A stretch of 62,636 bases of DNA, counting the filler. It is 10 parts of 10 records of this genome, joined end to end, with 100 filler letters (N's around TTAATTAATTAA, not from the genome) between each part and the next. Parts side by side here need not be neighbours in the genome. Positions count along the whole stretch, not along the records: positions 40,909 to 50,212 come from SRR31147125_96043; positions 50,313 to 57,349 come from SRR31147125_96050; 8 more parts are not named here. One strand, given 5' to 3'. Position numbers and translations under genes: made by a program. Within the stretch, counting starts at the first letter, position 1. Each line of letters opens with the position of its first letter. Shown piece after piece: positions 43,231 to 54,400 of the stretch. The notes beneath the pieces are model-generated. The model worked only from the letters and a program-made list of their open reading frames with translations, had not been told where the DNA came from and ran no database searches.

Positions 43231-44670
43231 TCAACCGCCCCTGCGGGCAATAGCGAAGCGGACTGTCACCTGGCTGTTCGACAGACCATCGCCGCCAATA
43301 CGCAAGCCAGGCTGGGGCATCAATCCAACAGCGAGCTGCCCTGAAGCGTCGATACGATCCAGCTTCACCTTCTCGGTATAGAGGGTGCTGATGCGGTCCA
43401 AGGCCGCTTTGGCCCCTACCATGATGACGCGACTTGGGGTAACGGTCACGCTCTCGAGGATCAAACCGTCGGGCAATGCCCCAACCCAATCCACCTGAAC
43501 CGGCAACTCCTTTTTGGTGGGTACGTCGAGCGCCACCTGCACTTCGGGCGGCTCAATCCGGTTGAGGCGCAGGCCGGGGGGCAGGACGATGTTGTCTTTG
43601 GAGAGGGGAAACTGATTCTGCCCGTTGACCGCTCTGCTCAAATCGAGCTTGGCTTTAACCTGATCGGGACGTAGAGACCCTATCAACGCGCCCGATCCGC
43701 TCAGATGCAATCTTACCGTATTGACCGATGTGGAGATAATCTGCATCCCCGGATCGCGGTTCAAATACTCCAGCGGGACCTCCACGCTGGTCAGCGTCTC
43801 CATCCCTTTGGCGATGCTGAACCACACACCGGCCATACAGAAAAAACAGATCATAGCGGCGACCACCATCTCCCTGCGTTCACGCTGGATCCCCAGGCGA
43901 TCTTCACCACCGATGCCCAGATGCGCTTCAAGGGTTTTCTTGAGCGACAGGTTGTCATAAATCTGGGTAAACGACTGCCCTTTGGCCACGACCACCTGAC
44001 CTCTCTCTTCTGAGACCACGATGACCAGGGCATCGGACTGTTCGGACAACCCTGCGGCTGCGCGATGGCGGGTACCGTAAATTTGGGGCAGATCATCCCG
44101 AAGGCTCAGCGGCAAAATGGCACCCACCCTTTTCACGCGGTTGTTCAGGAGGATAGCGGCACCGTCATGCACGGGATTGCCGTTGTAAAAGATCGACAGG
44201 AGCATCTCTTTGGAGATGAGACCGTCCCATGTCACCCCTCCCTGGATCACCTCATCCAGGTCGTCTTTGCCGGGAATCACAATCAGGGCACCGGTGCGGG
44301 TGCGCGCCAGTTCGTATACCCCCTCTACGATGCTGTCTATTGGAGTGCGGACCGCCTTTTGGGGAAAGTCCCATAATAGCGCTCTTAGATTTTTGGCCTG
44401 CAAAACATTGCGGATCTCATTGCGGAACACAATGACGATGATCAGGGCAGCGCCGGCGATTATGCCCTGCATAGCCCAACTGCTGACGATCAAACCCAGG
44501 CCCACCGCCATCCGCTGAAAAATCCACAGCAAAGCAATGCCGACCAGCACGCGGATAACGTTGGTGCCCCGAAACAGGACGTAGAGCCGAAAGAGGATAT
44601 AGCCGTTTAGAAAAATATCGACCAGATCCTGCCATCGAATGGATTGTATAAATAAGTAAAAAGCGTTCAT
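43231..44670 (-). CDS. Diadenylate cyclase (CdaA-type) fused to YbbR/CdaR-like domains
   Basis: 3 TM, GALIV, HDGA, GTRHRAAAGLSE.SDA..VVSEERG; extra TM then two YbbR-like repeats. Confidence 0.88.
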   Translation of the reverse strand: MNAFYLFIQSIRWQDLVDIFLNGYILFRLYVLFRGTNVIRVLVGIALLWIFQRMAVGLGLIVSSWAMQGIIAGAALIIVIVFRNEIRNVLQAKNLRALLWDFPQKAVRTPIDSIVEGVYELARTRTGALIVIPGKDDLDEVIQGGVTWDGLISKEMLLSIFYNGNPVHDGAAILLNNRVKRVGAILPLSLRDDLPQIYGTRHRAAAGLSEQSDALVIVVSEERGQVVVAKGQSFTQIYDNLSLKKTLEAHLGIGGEDRLGIQRERREMVVAAMICFFCMAGVWFSIAKGMETLTSVEVPLEYLNRDPGMQIISTSVNTVRLHLSGSGALIGSLRPDQVKAKLDLSRAVNGQNQFPLSKDNIVLPPGLRLNRIEPPEVQVALDVPTKKELPVQVDWVGALPDGLILESVTVTPSRVIMVGAKAALDRISTLYTEKVKLDRIDASGQLAVGLMPQPGLRIGGDGLSNSQVTVRFAIARRGG

Positions 44671-44783
44671 CGCTTTGCAGCCGACTGTCGCCATCGCACG
44701 GACCGGCGCGTGCCTGAAAGGGGAGCGGTTTCACTCCTGCCCGGGATATGGCGCATCTATAGGTGGATCATCAATAATTCAGT

Positions 44784-45209
44784 CTACTCAACAACACTGA
44801 ACCGCAGGGTTTTGACCAGTTTCTCCTGGGCGTCCCATATTTCAACCCGCCAGGGGCCCAAATCATCTTTACGCAATTGGATACTGCTGTATGTCGCCCA
44901 CCTTGGTGGTTTGAGGGTCAGGCGCTTGGCCGTTACCAGCTCATCACGCCGATACCACCGGTGCTGAACGGAAGTTTTCTCCGCAACGCCTTCGAAAGCA
45001 CTGTAGCAGGAAATTCTACCAATACTGATGGAAAACGCAGCGGCGATGTATTTGGGCTCATAGCCTTCGATCGATTCACACATGGCCGCACGCACCAGCT
45101 GAAAAGGCTTTTCGTTGGCGGCCAAAGTGCTATCAGCCGCATCGGCATGGGCGATGCCGGTGCAACAGAGAATCAAAACCATCCAGCTGCAATAATATCT
45201 GCGTCTCAT
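44784..45209 (-). CDS. DUF2914-like secreted protein
   Basis: Signal peptide; HRWY, PRWATYSS, GPWRVEI. Confidence 0.75.
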   Translation of the reverse strand: MRRRYYCSWMVLILCCTGIAHADAADSTLAANEKPFQLVRAAMCESIEGYEPKYIAAAFSISIGRISCYSAFEGVAEKTSVQHRWYRRDELVTAKRLTLKPPRWATYSSIQLRKDDLGPWRVEIWDAQEKLVKTLRFSVVE

Positions 45210-45546
45210 CAGCCAACTCTTAAATGGGTTATCGCCTCTTCGGCAAAGTTTCGGATGCTTTGTCGATTGGGGTCGAGATCTCCGCCGAAGTGCTGCGGAG
45301 CAGGCGTGGCGGCAGGAGGCGGCCAGAGGTTGAAGCGTTGATAGAGCACGGATTGCGCGCCTCGCCCCGCCGCGATGATGGTACCCGAGCGGAGGTTATG
45401 ATACCACTTCTAACGAAACGGGCGAATTTTGCAAGGAAAAAGATACCACGGCGATGGCCGGCGACACACTTCGACAGACCACACGATTCATTGGTAATAT
45501 ATTGCGGGAGAGTAAAGCGGCATGTGCGGGGGGATGGTGTTATTGA

Positions 45547-45693
45547 CTACGGCCGACGCAACAGATCGGCCAAGGTTTTCTCTACAATAACTTCTTTATC
45601 GGCACTGTTGTCGTGGATCATTTGAATAGTGGCTTTATCAACGACCCAACCGAAACCAAGCTCATCGAAGAATATGATCTCTCTCTTTTTCAT
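45547..45693 (-). CDS. Small protein (48 aa), below ORF track cutoff
   Basis: GGGAGG SD; MKKREIIFFDELGFGWVVDKATIQMIHDNSADKEVIVEKTLADLLRRP*. Confidence 0.55.
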   Translation of the reverse strand: MKKREIIFFDELGFGWVVDKATIQMIHDNSADKEVIVEKTLADLLRRP

Positions 45694-45879
45694 GATAAAA
45701 AGACCTCCCATGATTGATACTGCCTCATTTCCGGTTCGGTATCAAAGCCGCCCCGGAGTGACGCTGCTAACTTAATATCGTCCCTTTCGAGCGCCACCTT
45801 TAGCCGTTTTTGGGATTGTCGGCCAATGGCCATACAAGATCTTGTTGTTTAGGGAAAATACGAAAATGAATTAGGCGGT

Positions 45880-48800
45880 TCAGGCAAAGCTGCTATTGTT
45901 ACCATCAAGGACAGGGAACAGAATCACACATTCGGATCTTCGCCCATCACATTTGAGCAGCATCGGCCGATCCGAACGCACATGCCGCAGATAGTTTCCC
46001 TCCCACACCGTCATGAGCCGGTCCAATTGCTCCTGATCGAGACGATCCGGCCCCTCTTCGGTGATGGTCAGGTAGGGAATGTTCAAAGCGGTGATCTGAT
46101 GGAAAAAGTGGGACCCTTGTGAGGGATCCGCCTTGAGCCGGCCGGTGCGCAGTTCCACCATGGCGCCGACGCCGTCGATATGTTCCCACTTGACCGGTAT
46201 GCCCAGCCAGGGATCAAAGGAGCCCCATCTGCCGGGGCCGATCAGCAGGTAGGGGCGCCGATCGGCCTTGAGGGTGGCGTTTAGCTTGCTGATTTCACCA
46301 ACCATATCAACCGTACGGGCAGGATCGAAGGCCCCGGGCCGGACATAAACGATATCGGCCATTTGATCGAAACGGCCATGGCCCAGGGATTGAGAGGCAT
46401 AACAGAGCGCCTGCCCCTTGTCCGTCTCCGTCACCACCAATTCGTAAGGATCAGCAGCCACAGGCATGGGCCTCAGCTGCAGCAGGTTGAACTCAGCCGT
46501 TTGTTTACCCCCCTCGTTGAGAAGGACGGCAAACTCCAGCTCCATGGGGCATCCCATCTCCCGGCGGCCCACCTCCAGCAGCCCGGCCAACAGCTCGGCC
46601 AGGGGAAAAAGACGATGTTTCAACACCGCAGCAAAGGTGAGCACCCGATGGCCGGCGGCAACGGCCGAATCGCGCAATCGATGCTCCTCCGGGATATAGG
46701 TGCTGCACAATCTTTTCAACGGGGCCTCTTCCAGGGCGTCGACCACGCTACGACGCTCGGGCGCACCTGCCATATTGCCAAAGTCTTCGTTCCCTCCTAC
46801 AACCATCGGCAAGGCATAGAAATGGGTCTGGGCGTTCTTCAAAATGTCCTCGACCTTGGAAAAGGCGGGCAGCAGCTCCGGATAGAGAGGGCAGAAGCGA
46901 AGCCCTGCCTTGCCAGCCCGCCCAAACCCCAGTGTCATTTCAGCCATGCCGTCCTCCGGACGAATCTCGCCGAAGGGATAGTAGTTGTGTGAACGGGCGA
47001 TACCCGAAAGGGCTGGATAGAAAAAATCTCCATAACGTCTCCCGACGACCTGTTGAATCATCACCGCCATCTGCTCACGCCGATGGGCATATGCGGTGCC
47101 GTGTGCAAATTTCCGTGGTATATCAAACCAACTCGAAGCCAGTACCCGTTTGACAGCAGCAATCAGTTGCGCCAGGCGCACGCCTTTATCCGGATGGTTG
47201 TTGGGCAACAGGTAGGTACGGTAGAGCCCGGTGGCCGGGTTGTGACGGGCGTCCTCCAGCAGGCTTGAGGAGCGTATTGCAAGAGGGAAGCGGGCAGCCT
47301 CCAGATAGGCATTCAGATCGGATTTGATACTGTCCGGCATGCGACTGTTGACAAAAGAAGTTTCGATTTGGCCGTTGTTCATCCGGCTGAGTGAAAGCGC
47401 CTCGAGCCGGTTGTTTTTGACGAATTGATCGAATCCTTCTGTGGTGATGACCAATGTGGTAGGAACCTGGATGGAGATATCCGGAAACCGATTGAGCAGT
47501 CCGGGTGACTGGCGCAGCAGATGGGAGGCAAACGCCAACCCACGCGCCTTGCCCCCCAGAGACCCGTTGCCGATTTTAGCAAAATCGGCCATTTGGGGCT
47601 CGAAACTTGGTGCTTTGAATTGGATCACCACCCCTTTTTGACGCCATTGGCGCAGGCTGTGGATGCTGGCAATGAGAAAGTCGCGCAGTGAATCAGTGTC
47701 CGGAAAATCGGAAATCTTGACGAGACGCAGACGGGAAGCGAGCTCGATCTCGGATCTCGCCATGATCCAGTTGGAGAAGCGGTTGCGGGATGCGTGATAG
47801 CACAACGGCTCATCCGGTATGGATGGCAGAATGGCCTCCAGTTGACGCAGATTGGATGCCCTGGCCACCTCCCGGCCATCGGGATGGCGAAAGATAAAAT
47901 CACCGAACCCGAGTTGATCCAGAAAGAAGGTATGCAGTTGGTCGAACAGAGCCTGGTCGTTCTTATCTAAGAAGAGGGCCGCCAGCATGTCGGCCTTTGT
48001 CCGGTTCTCCGGCTCGGAACTCAGCAACAGAATCGGCAAGTCGGGGATCTGCTCTTTGACTCCCCTCAGCAGCCGGTAACCGGCGTCCTCGCACAATTGC
48101 CCGTCGCATGGGAACCGCGTGTCCGAAATCACCCCGAACAGATAGGGTTTGTAGCGTTCAAAAAGGGCCAGAGCCTCCTCCATATTCTCGGCTACGAGAA
48201 TTTTCGGACGGGCCCGCATCTTGAGTAGTCGATGCTCCTCGTTGAGGCTCTCCTCCAGGACAGCCTGGGTTTGATGCACCACTTCCTTATAAATCATCGG
48301 AAGAAAAAAGGAGCGGTACAGTGGTGAATCTTCCACCAGAATAAGAATTCGCACCTGAGCCCGATCGGTGTCGTGGGCAACATTGATGCGATCCTCCACA
48401 TTCTTTACAATGGCCAGCAACAGGTCGGCATCCCCGGTCCAGACAAAGATCTGGTCGACTCCGGAAGTGTCCTTTCCAGCTGGAACGGGATAGAGTCCAT
48501 CCAAGGTGTGAGAGAGGATGATCACCGGCAGATCGGGTTCATGGCGCTTGATTTTACTCCCCAGATCAAAAGGGTCCATGTCATCCCACATTGGCATCGC
48601 AATCACCAGATCGAATCTGCCCGCCTCGATGGCCACAAACGCTTTGCGGGCGCTCTCCACCCGGGTAATACGGGGCGGCCTGCTCAGATTTAGACCTCTG
48701 TATTCATTAATAATTCTAGATGCGAGGGAGCCGTCCTCTTCGAGAATATAGGCGTCGTAAGCACTGGCCACGAGCAGGATTTCCAGCACTTTTTCCGCCA

Positions 48801-48882
48801 TAAGCTCATGGAAAACCTTAAAGTGGGTGTCAAACTCACAGGCCGCAGAGTGCGGGGTTTCTTGGCAGGAGTCAGTGTGCAT
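45880..48882 (-). CDS. Receiver-like domains fused to a PEP synthase/PPDK N-terminal (ATP-grasp) domain
   Basis: ILLVASAYD, ILILVEDS, GSLGGKARGLAF, AIRSSSLLED, MAVMIQ, LQLRPM, GPGRWGS, SQGSHFF. Confidence 0.85.
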   Translation of the reverse strand: MHTDSCQETPHSAACEFDTHFKVFHELMAEKVLEILLVASAYDAYILEEDGSLASRIINEYRGLNLSRPPRITRVESARKAFVAIEAGRFDLVIAMPMWDDMDPFDLGSKIKRHEPDLPVIILSHTLDGLYPVPAGKDTSGVDQIFVWTGDADLLLAIVKNVEDRINVAHDTDRAQVRILILVEDSPLYRSFFLPMIYKEVVHQTQAVLEESLNEEHRLLKMRARPKILVAENMEEALALFERYKPYLFGVISDTRFPCDGQLCEDAGYRLLRGVKEQIPDLPILLLSSEPENRTKADMLAALFLDKNDQALFDQLHTFFLDQLGFGDFIFRHPDGREVARASNLRQLEAILPSIPDEPLCYHASRNRFSNWIMARSEIELASRLRLVKISDFPDTDSLRDFLIASIHSLRQWRQKGVVIQFKAPSFEPQMADFAKIGNGSLGGKARGLAFASHLLRQSPGLLNRFPDISIQVPTTLVITTEGFDQFVKNNRLEALSLSRMNNGQIETSFVNSRMPDSIKSDLNAYLEAARFPLAIRSSSLLEDARHNPATGLYRTYLLPNNHPDKGVRLAQLIAAVKRVLASSWFDIPRKFAHGTAYAHRREQMAVMIQQVVGRRYGDFFYPALSGIARSHNYYPFGEIRPEDGMAEMTLGFGRAGKAGLRFCPLYPELLPAFSKVEDILKNAQTHFYALPMVVGGNEDFGNMAGAPERRSVVDALEEAPLKRLCSTYIPEEHRLRDSAVAAGHRVLTFAAVLKHRLFPLAELLAGLLEVGRREMGCPMELEFAVLLNEGGKQTAEFNLLQLRPMPVAADPYELVVTETDKGQALCYASQSLGHGRFDQMADIVYVRPGAFDPARTVDMVGEISKLNATLKADRRPYLLIGPGRWGSFDPWLGIPVKWEHIDGVGAMVELRTGRLKADPSQGSHFFHQITALNIPYLTITEEGPDRLDQEQLDRLMTVWEGNYLRHVRSDRPMLLKCDGRRSECVILFPVLDGNNSSFA

Positions 48883-49066
48883 GTTTGGGACGCCCTTCTT
48901 CAATAGGCGAATAGGCCGGCGGTTCGGGTAGATCGAGACATATGCCGGAATACATGCTAATATCGCTTCCGATTCGCCTTTCGCATTCGCTCGGAAAACT
49001 GAATTGACAACCTTGAACGCTCTTTCAGGATAGTGATCCGGGGTTGCTTTTTCAAGGAGAAACAAA

Positions 49067-50212
49067 GTGGATGATCAGCGTAGCGGGCAGAAGCCGACGC
49101 CATATGACAGACGAACCGTGTGGGGCTGGGCCCTGTATGACTGGGCCAACTCCGCATTTGCCACAACGGTGATGGGGGTCTTCTTCCCTGGCTTTTTCAA
49201 ACAGGTGTGGAGCCACGGCGTAGATGTCAACGTCAGCACTGCGCGTCTCGGATTGGGCAGTGCAGCGGCCAGCCTGATCGTCGCCTTGATGGCGCCCGTT
49301 CTGGGTGCCATTGCCGATCAGAGCGGGCGGCGTAAACGTTTCCTCATCGGGTTCACCTATCTGGGCGTCCTGCTGACCGCCGGTCTGGCCTTCATCGGTA
49401 GGGGTGAGTGGACGACGGCCCTTTTCTGCTATGCCGTCGCTTACATTGGATTCGCCGGCGCCATCGTCTTCTACGATGCCCTTCTGCCCCAGATTGCACC
49501 GACAGAGCGCCTCGACCAGATCTCCAGCCTCGGCTATTCGCTCGGCTACCTGGGAGGCGGTATACTTCTGGTGCTCAACGTCATCATGGCCCAGAAACCG
49601 CACCTGTTCGGCATCACCGATTCATCCCTGGCCGTACGCCTCTCCTTTGCCAGCGTGGCCGTATGGTGGGGGCTCTTTGCCCTGATCACCTTTGCCCTGA
49701 TCCCCAAAGATCCGGTCGGTCCGCGCCCGGTATTGGCCGACCAGATCTCCGCAGGCTGGCGGCAGCTGATCGCCACTTTTCGAAAGATACGAAGACTGAA
49801 AACCGCCTTCCTCTTTTTGCTCGCCTACTGGTGCTATATCGACGGCGTGGATACGATCATCAAGATGGCGGTCGATTTCGGCCTCTCCCTCGGATTCGAA
49901 TTCAAAGACCTCATCGGCGCTTTTCTCGTGACCCAATTCGTCGCCTTTCCATCGGCCCTGCTATTCGGTCAACTGGGACGCTATTGGGGCGTCCGACGCT
50001 CGATCTACCTGGCACTGGGGATCTATGTTTTGGTGACCATCTGGGGGGCCAATATGACCCAGGTTTCCGAATTCTATGTCCTGGCCGGCGCCATCGGTCT
50101 CGTCCAGGGTGGCATCCAGGCACTGAGCCGATCCTATTACGCGCGTTTCATCCCCCACAGCCAAAGCGCCGAATTTTTCGGCTTCTACAACATGCTGGGC
50201 AAATTTGCCGCC
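49067..50212 (+). CDS. MFS transporter (UMF1/ATG22-like), 3' partial
   Basis: WALYDWANSAF, GYSLGYLGG, QALSRSYY..AEFFGFY; AAGGAG SD before GTG. Confidence 0.9.
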
Positions 50213-50312
50213 NNNNNNNNNNNNNNNNNNNNNNNNNNNNNNNNNNNNNNNNNNNNTTAATTAATTAANNNNNNNNNNNNNNNNNNNNNNNNNNNNNNNN
50301 NNNNNNNNNNNN
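50213..50312. other. Artificial contig spacer
   Basis: N-TTAATTAATTAA-N. Confidence 0.99.
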
Positions 50313-50336
50313 CACACACACACACACACACACACA
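50313..50336. repeat. (CA)12 microsatellite at contig end
   Basis: Direct reading. Confidence 0.95.
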
Positions 50337-51407
50337 GTTACTGCCGTGCGGAGGACACAGCTCCTGATAAGATCACGATTACCCTTACAATAGTTCCCAA
50401 AGGAGTGGACAAACAACTCGCACATCCTTTTCAGACGTTTCTGACGGCATGGGAGGTGGGTAGGGTGGTGGTGTACTGTCCATTGGGGTGACTGGACTTG
50501 TAGGCCACACGAGTGCCTCTCTGTGGTGTTGATCAATGGGACACTCTAGTTCATACATTTCCAGACATTTGCCGCGATTGTAGTGCCGAGAGGTTCGTCG
50601 CCTGCCTAAGGGAAGGTGTTTTTCACATGTTTCTTTGTACCGGAAGAGCAAAGGAAGAGGAAAAGCGTGATTCTCATATCATGATCGAGATTGTAAAGGA
50701 GGCGCGGACCTCTCGACCATCCCGCTCCACACGCAAGAGCAATGGTACACAGAGATCCCTATGATTCACGCTCTTATCTGTGGATACAACCCATTAGAAC
50801 GCCATAAGATTCACTGTAAGATGGACGACAGACTCCATGACGTGAAACTCATAATCTGCCAAGAGTGTGAAACGATGCCCTTGTTGCAGCGTCTCTCGTG
50901 CGCTTCTTTTTCTTCCTTGCTTGCTCTAAACCAAACCATTCACGACACAGATTTGAAGGTCGCCTTTTGGACAAGGACGCCCATACACTACACTCGTACG
51001 GAATTACCTCGGGTACAATGATTCAGATGCGCATTAGGAAGGAGTCCGATGTCAGTGATGATGACTGTACGTGACACGAAATCTTAGTTTGTCTTTGACG
51101 CGTGTATCTCTTCTTGGCAGTGGTGATGCTGAATGGCCTCAGCCATGAGGAAGGGTTCCGAGGTGGGGTGGGGCGGGGTGCTTGGTTGGAGGCTGACAAC
51201 CAACACTTTCGTGCAGGCACGGCTCTCGTAGCAAAAGCAAACGAGGATCTGGATGGAGAGGGAATGTCGGATCATCATGAATCCCGGAAGGTGCGTGGAC
51301 CAACAGGCTAGACACACAAGTCTAACCAGAGCAACAGCACGGTGTGGAACCTGGGGAGCCGACAGCCAAACGGCACTGCCATCACGGCTAATGAAGGCTC
51401 CTTTTAT

Positions 51408-54400
51408 TCATTTCATGACACTCTCCGAATTTCCATCCCCCGTAGGGGTGTCAGAACCGCTGGGACTGTCAATCTCCCCGGGAAGAGATGCGTGGTATTG
51501 TGCCACGGCCCGTGGGCTTTCGGTTCCACGTATTTGGAGAGCGGATTTCCTCAACCGTCCTCCCGTCAAGACAGAACGGATGGCTGATGACCAACGCCGG
51601 CGTGCCTGGTGGAGGGATGGCCGTTTGTTCGAGTCGTATCCAGGGGCCAATCAATCCCTCAACGTACCATCTTCCTTGCTTTCCACCCACGGAAGGCGGC
51701 GATAATACGATCCGCCGCTTCGGCTTTCAGTAACCTTCGAAGGCGTCTTTCACGCTCCAGCCGTTCCGAGAAGGTCAATGAGTCCAAACCCATCCGAAAG
51801 ACTCCCAGTGTGAGCAGTACAACACGGAAGGGTACCATTCCATTCTTATTGGCTTGGGACCGGCATTCGCGACACACTAGCCCAACAAAGTTAACCCTCT
51901 GAAGAGGAGATCACGGTGCCAACGAACCGGCGCGGAACCACAGCTTCCTCATGGGTTTTTCTGCCAACGGCTCTCCTAGATTCTAGAAGAATCCTCAGAC
52001 ACGGTGGCTGGCGTGCCACCACCACCAACTCACCTCCACAAGTTCCCGCAAGTGAAACAAGGAAATGTGACCCGTTGACTGTGGATCGAATCGTAACCAC
52101 AGTAGCTTGAACCTACACAACATGCACAACAATCAGAACGTCTCATGCTCCATTTCCACATATTCGCACTTTCTCAAATCCCGATCGGAAATCAAAGCTT
52201 CTTCACGCGAAATCACGTATAGGAAGTTCTTGAGGACGGTGGCAATGAAGATGTTCACAAACATGTACGAGCCGATTGTAATGAAGGTGAAAAAGAATAT
52301 CCACGCCCAACTAGAAGAATTGAATCAGAACACGTTCCAGCAAGTACGGGGACCTACCTGGATCCACAATCACCGGCACTACAACGAGGAGATTCAACCT
52401 GTTCGTGAAATGTCAGGTGGAGAAGGGAGGTGGCCGGTTCCTCCATACCGAACAATCGAAATACACACGATACCAATCTTCGCCTTGGGACATGCGGAGC
52501 AGTGTCAGCATTGCTGTCCCAAAGGAACGGAAATTCACACGACGTTCCAATCCACCACCAAATCTACACGGAACGTCTCTGTGAAAAAGAAAAAGAAGAG
52601 GGAGCACGGAGAAGGAGACGCACCTCACATTCCCATAGAATTCAATCCCCAACACGGCGTACATGAAGAAGAAGATAACAAACACGGCTGTAATGTTGAT
52701 GATAGCGGGTAGACTGATGAGGAGTGTGTTGAACAACTACAAGGATGAAATCGTTACAGGCAACAGACGCAGGTGTGTTGATCTGATCCGCACCATTCGC
52801 AAGCCTCGTGCTTTCCGTACCAATCGAAGAACGCGCCCAATGCGAAAGACACGTGCAACTTGTGTTCCGACGCCCGCCTATACACCAACAGAGGTAAGTG
52901 GGTTGGTGAATGGGTGAATGGGTGCACCACATGCAAACCTGCGTAAAAAGGACGATGATGGATCCAAAGACGATGATGGCATCAAACACATTCCATCCCT
53001 GACGGAAGTAGTTGCGGATCCCCATGGCAGTCCACTGGACACAGAGTGAGAAAAGCAGAACAAACAGAACAAACCTTAATCAACATCTCCAGAGTGAAAA
53101 TCGCCACGAAAATAAGGTTCACGACATCTGGTGGTATGTTGAGAACGGAAAAAGATATGAACTCTCTCACAAACGTAAGGTGTCTTGCCACGACTCAGGC
53201 TGGTCGTAATGCTCCGTGGCTATGAAAATTCCATTGACAATGATAAGAAAGACGATGACCCTTTCGAAGTTAGCATGGATGGAATGATATTTGGGGTTCC
53301 GACAGTATTCCGGGGACCTGCGATCTGTGTGTGCGCTTCACATCCGACAAACGTTCAACACATACTTGCAATTGACAACAAGATCGTAACAGCACTGCCG
53401 CCATACAGCTGTGGGCCGGGGAATGAGCCGAAATAGTCGCAAATTGACCATCATCTTACGCATTTCTGGAGCCAGTACGTGAAGGAGACAAACAAACAAA
53501 CAAACAAAGGACAAGTAGCGGATACCGACCCAATGTTCTTGCTTCTCTGTTAACAGGGCCGTTCCTGTGATGATATTGTACTTCTCAATAATGACCCCGA
53601 TAAACTGTTCTGGTGTGAACAGAACGCAAACAAAAAACAAGATGGAATCCGCTCGCCCCTCACAAGATTGAGGATGAAGAAGTTCATGATGATCACATAA
53701 ACGACAAAAAACCATCCATTACTGCTTGAGGCGTCGCGCTCTGGTTGCTCGTGTCGGCCTGTAATATCCATTGTCGAGTACATGATATTCGCCCATCCTG
53801 AAGACGTGTGAATGGGATGAGGAGCAACACCAGGGGTACCTTCAAGCGAAGATACGACAAACAGGGTCTTGAGCGCATGACCAATACTATCAAAGTTCTG
53901 CTGTGCGTCAGAGGACATACATAGCAGACCGAAAAATCGTGGCGTACCCATGGAGGATTGCGCCACGCACGAGGCACAAGTAGTCCGTGAGCATTAACAA
54001 ACGTTCCAACGCACTCAGCTTGAGACGCGACGTCAGTGTCATTGCACGAATAGAGTTTCCCCGAGAACAGGGCAACCCCAATGACTGAGAAGATCCACAT
54101 AAGAAGAAAGTTCAGAAGAACAACATTGCATATCGAAGGCATGCTCTTGAAAAGAGCCTTGAAGAAAGGATGAATGAATGAGACACACCACACGGTACAC
54201 AACATACCCGTGCAATACGTCGCATCCCTGTTCCCAATGAAATAAGGCGAAAAGCACGAAGGGATCGTGTGGCACGGGCAATGCGCCCATAGGTTGTCGT
54301 TCCGCTTGTTCCCTCGAAGATAATGCCTAGAACGAACGGAGTCAGAAGTGCGAACATCCTAAAGGTGGGGGGGACCTCACCAATTCCCATCAGAATAATG

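Noticed and set aside
24638-50268. Many long antisense or alternate-frame ORFs in the GC-rich contigs
   Set aside because: Shadows of well-supported genes with no independent motifs.
50337-51400. Second eukaryotic gene downstream of the channel
   Set aside because: Only short ORFs with no recognisable motif; could not build a gene model.
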